A DNA stretch of 64,000 nt from Carcharhinus longimanus (taxonomy: Eukaryota): the NCBI GenBank assembly GCA_030264375.1, contig JASCQW010000190.1, positions 76,066,084-76,130,083 on the forward strand. Direction: 5' to 3'. Every line of letters starts with the position of its first letter. Positions within the stretch are counted from its first letter, which is position 1. Made by a program: the position numbers and the translations under genes. This document shows positions 63,575 through 64,000 of the stretch, in pieces. The notes below the pieces were generated by a model. The model was not told where the DNA came from. It made no database searches and saw only the letters and a list, made by a program, of their open reading frames with translations.

Positions 63575-63740
63575 ATGGGGAATGGGCATCACTAGCTAGG
63601 CCAGCATTTATCACCCAACCTCAGTTGTCCAATGTGGTGGTGAGTAGCCTTCTAGGACCATTAGTCCACGTGGTGTAGATACTCCAACAGTTAAGGAAGG
63701 AGTTCTAGGATTTTGACCCAGCGACAGTGAAAGAAAAGTA
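63575..63740 (-). mobile_element. Family-B LINE 3' tail
   Basis: gggcatcactagctaggccagcatttatcaccc..gacccagcgacagtgaa. Confidence 0.65.
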
Positions 63741-63744
63741 TTAT

Positions 63745-64000
63745 AGAACCCTTCAGTGCAGAAAGATGCCCTTCGGCCCATCAAGTCTGCACTGAATACA
63801 ATCCCACCAAGGCTCTACTCCCATATCCCTACATATTATACCCACTAATCCCTCTAACCTACACATCCCTAGATACTAAGGAGCAATTTCTTAGCATGGC
63901 CAATCAACCTAACCCACACATCTCTGGACTGTGGGAGGAAACCAGAGTACCTGGACAAAACCCACACAGACACAAGGAGAATGTGCAAACTCCACACAGA
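63745..64000 (-). mobile_element. HE1 SINE, runs off the window end
   Basis: Tail and V domain in reverse. Confidence 0.8.

Overview
Eukaryotic, repeat-dense window; there are no prokaryotic operons or CRISPR arrays. The repeat repertoire (HE1/V-SINEs, SacSINE1-like Deu-SINEs, CR1, Rex1/Babar, Penelope-like elements) points to a shark or other elasmobranch, in a gapped draft assembly. The only host coding sequence I can support is the first coding exon of teneurin-1 (TENM1) on the minus strand: exon 28590-28308, ATG at 28527, with canonical splice sites. The rest appears to be very large TENM1 introns or upstream sequence filled with nested retroelements and MITE-like elements. Most interesting observations: (1) several Penelope terminal repeats carry decayed minimal hammerhead-ribozyme motifs, two with a U3:A8 covariant core; (2) an out-of-frame uORF overlaps the TENM1 start, and the RKRK NLS known from amniote TENM1 is absent; (3) a locally templated 90-bp inverted duplication; (4) a Penelope mini-insertion with a 15-bp TSD and a 19-bp inverted repeat; (5) an unexplained decayed coding-like stretch with a near zinc-knuckle; (6) SINE tail swapping between LINE partners. 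I found no convincing wholly new multi-gene system. Repeat family names come from recalled consensus sequences, and repeat boundaries are approximate.
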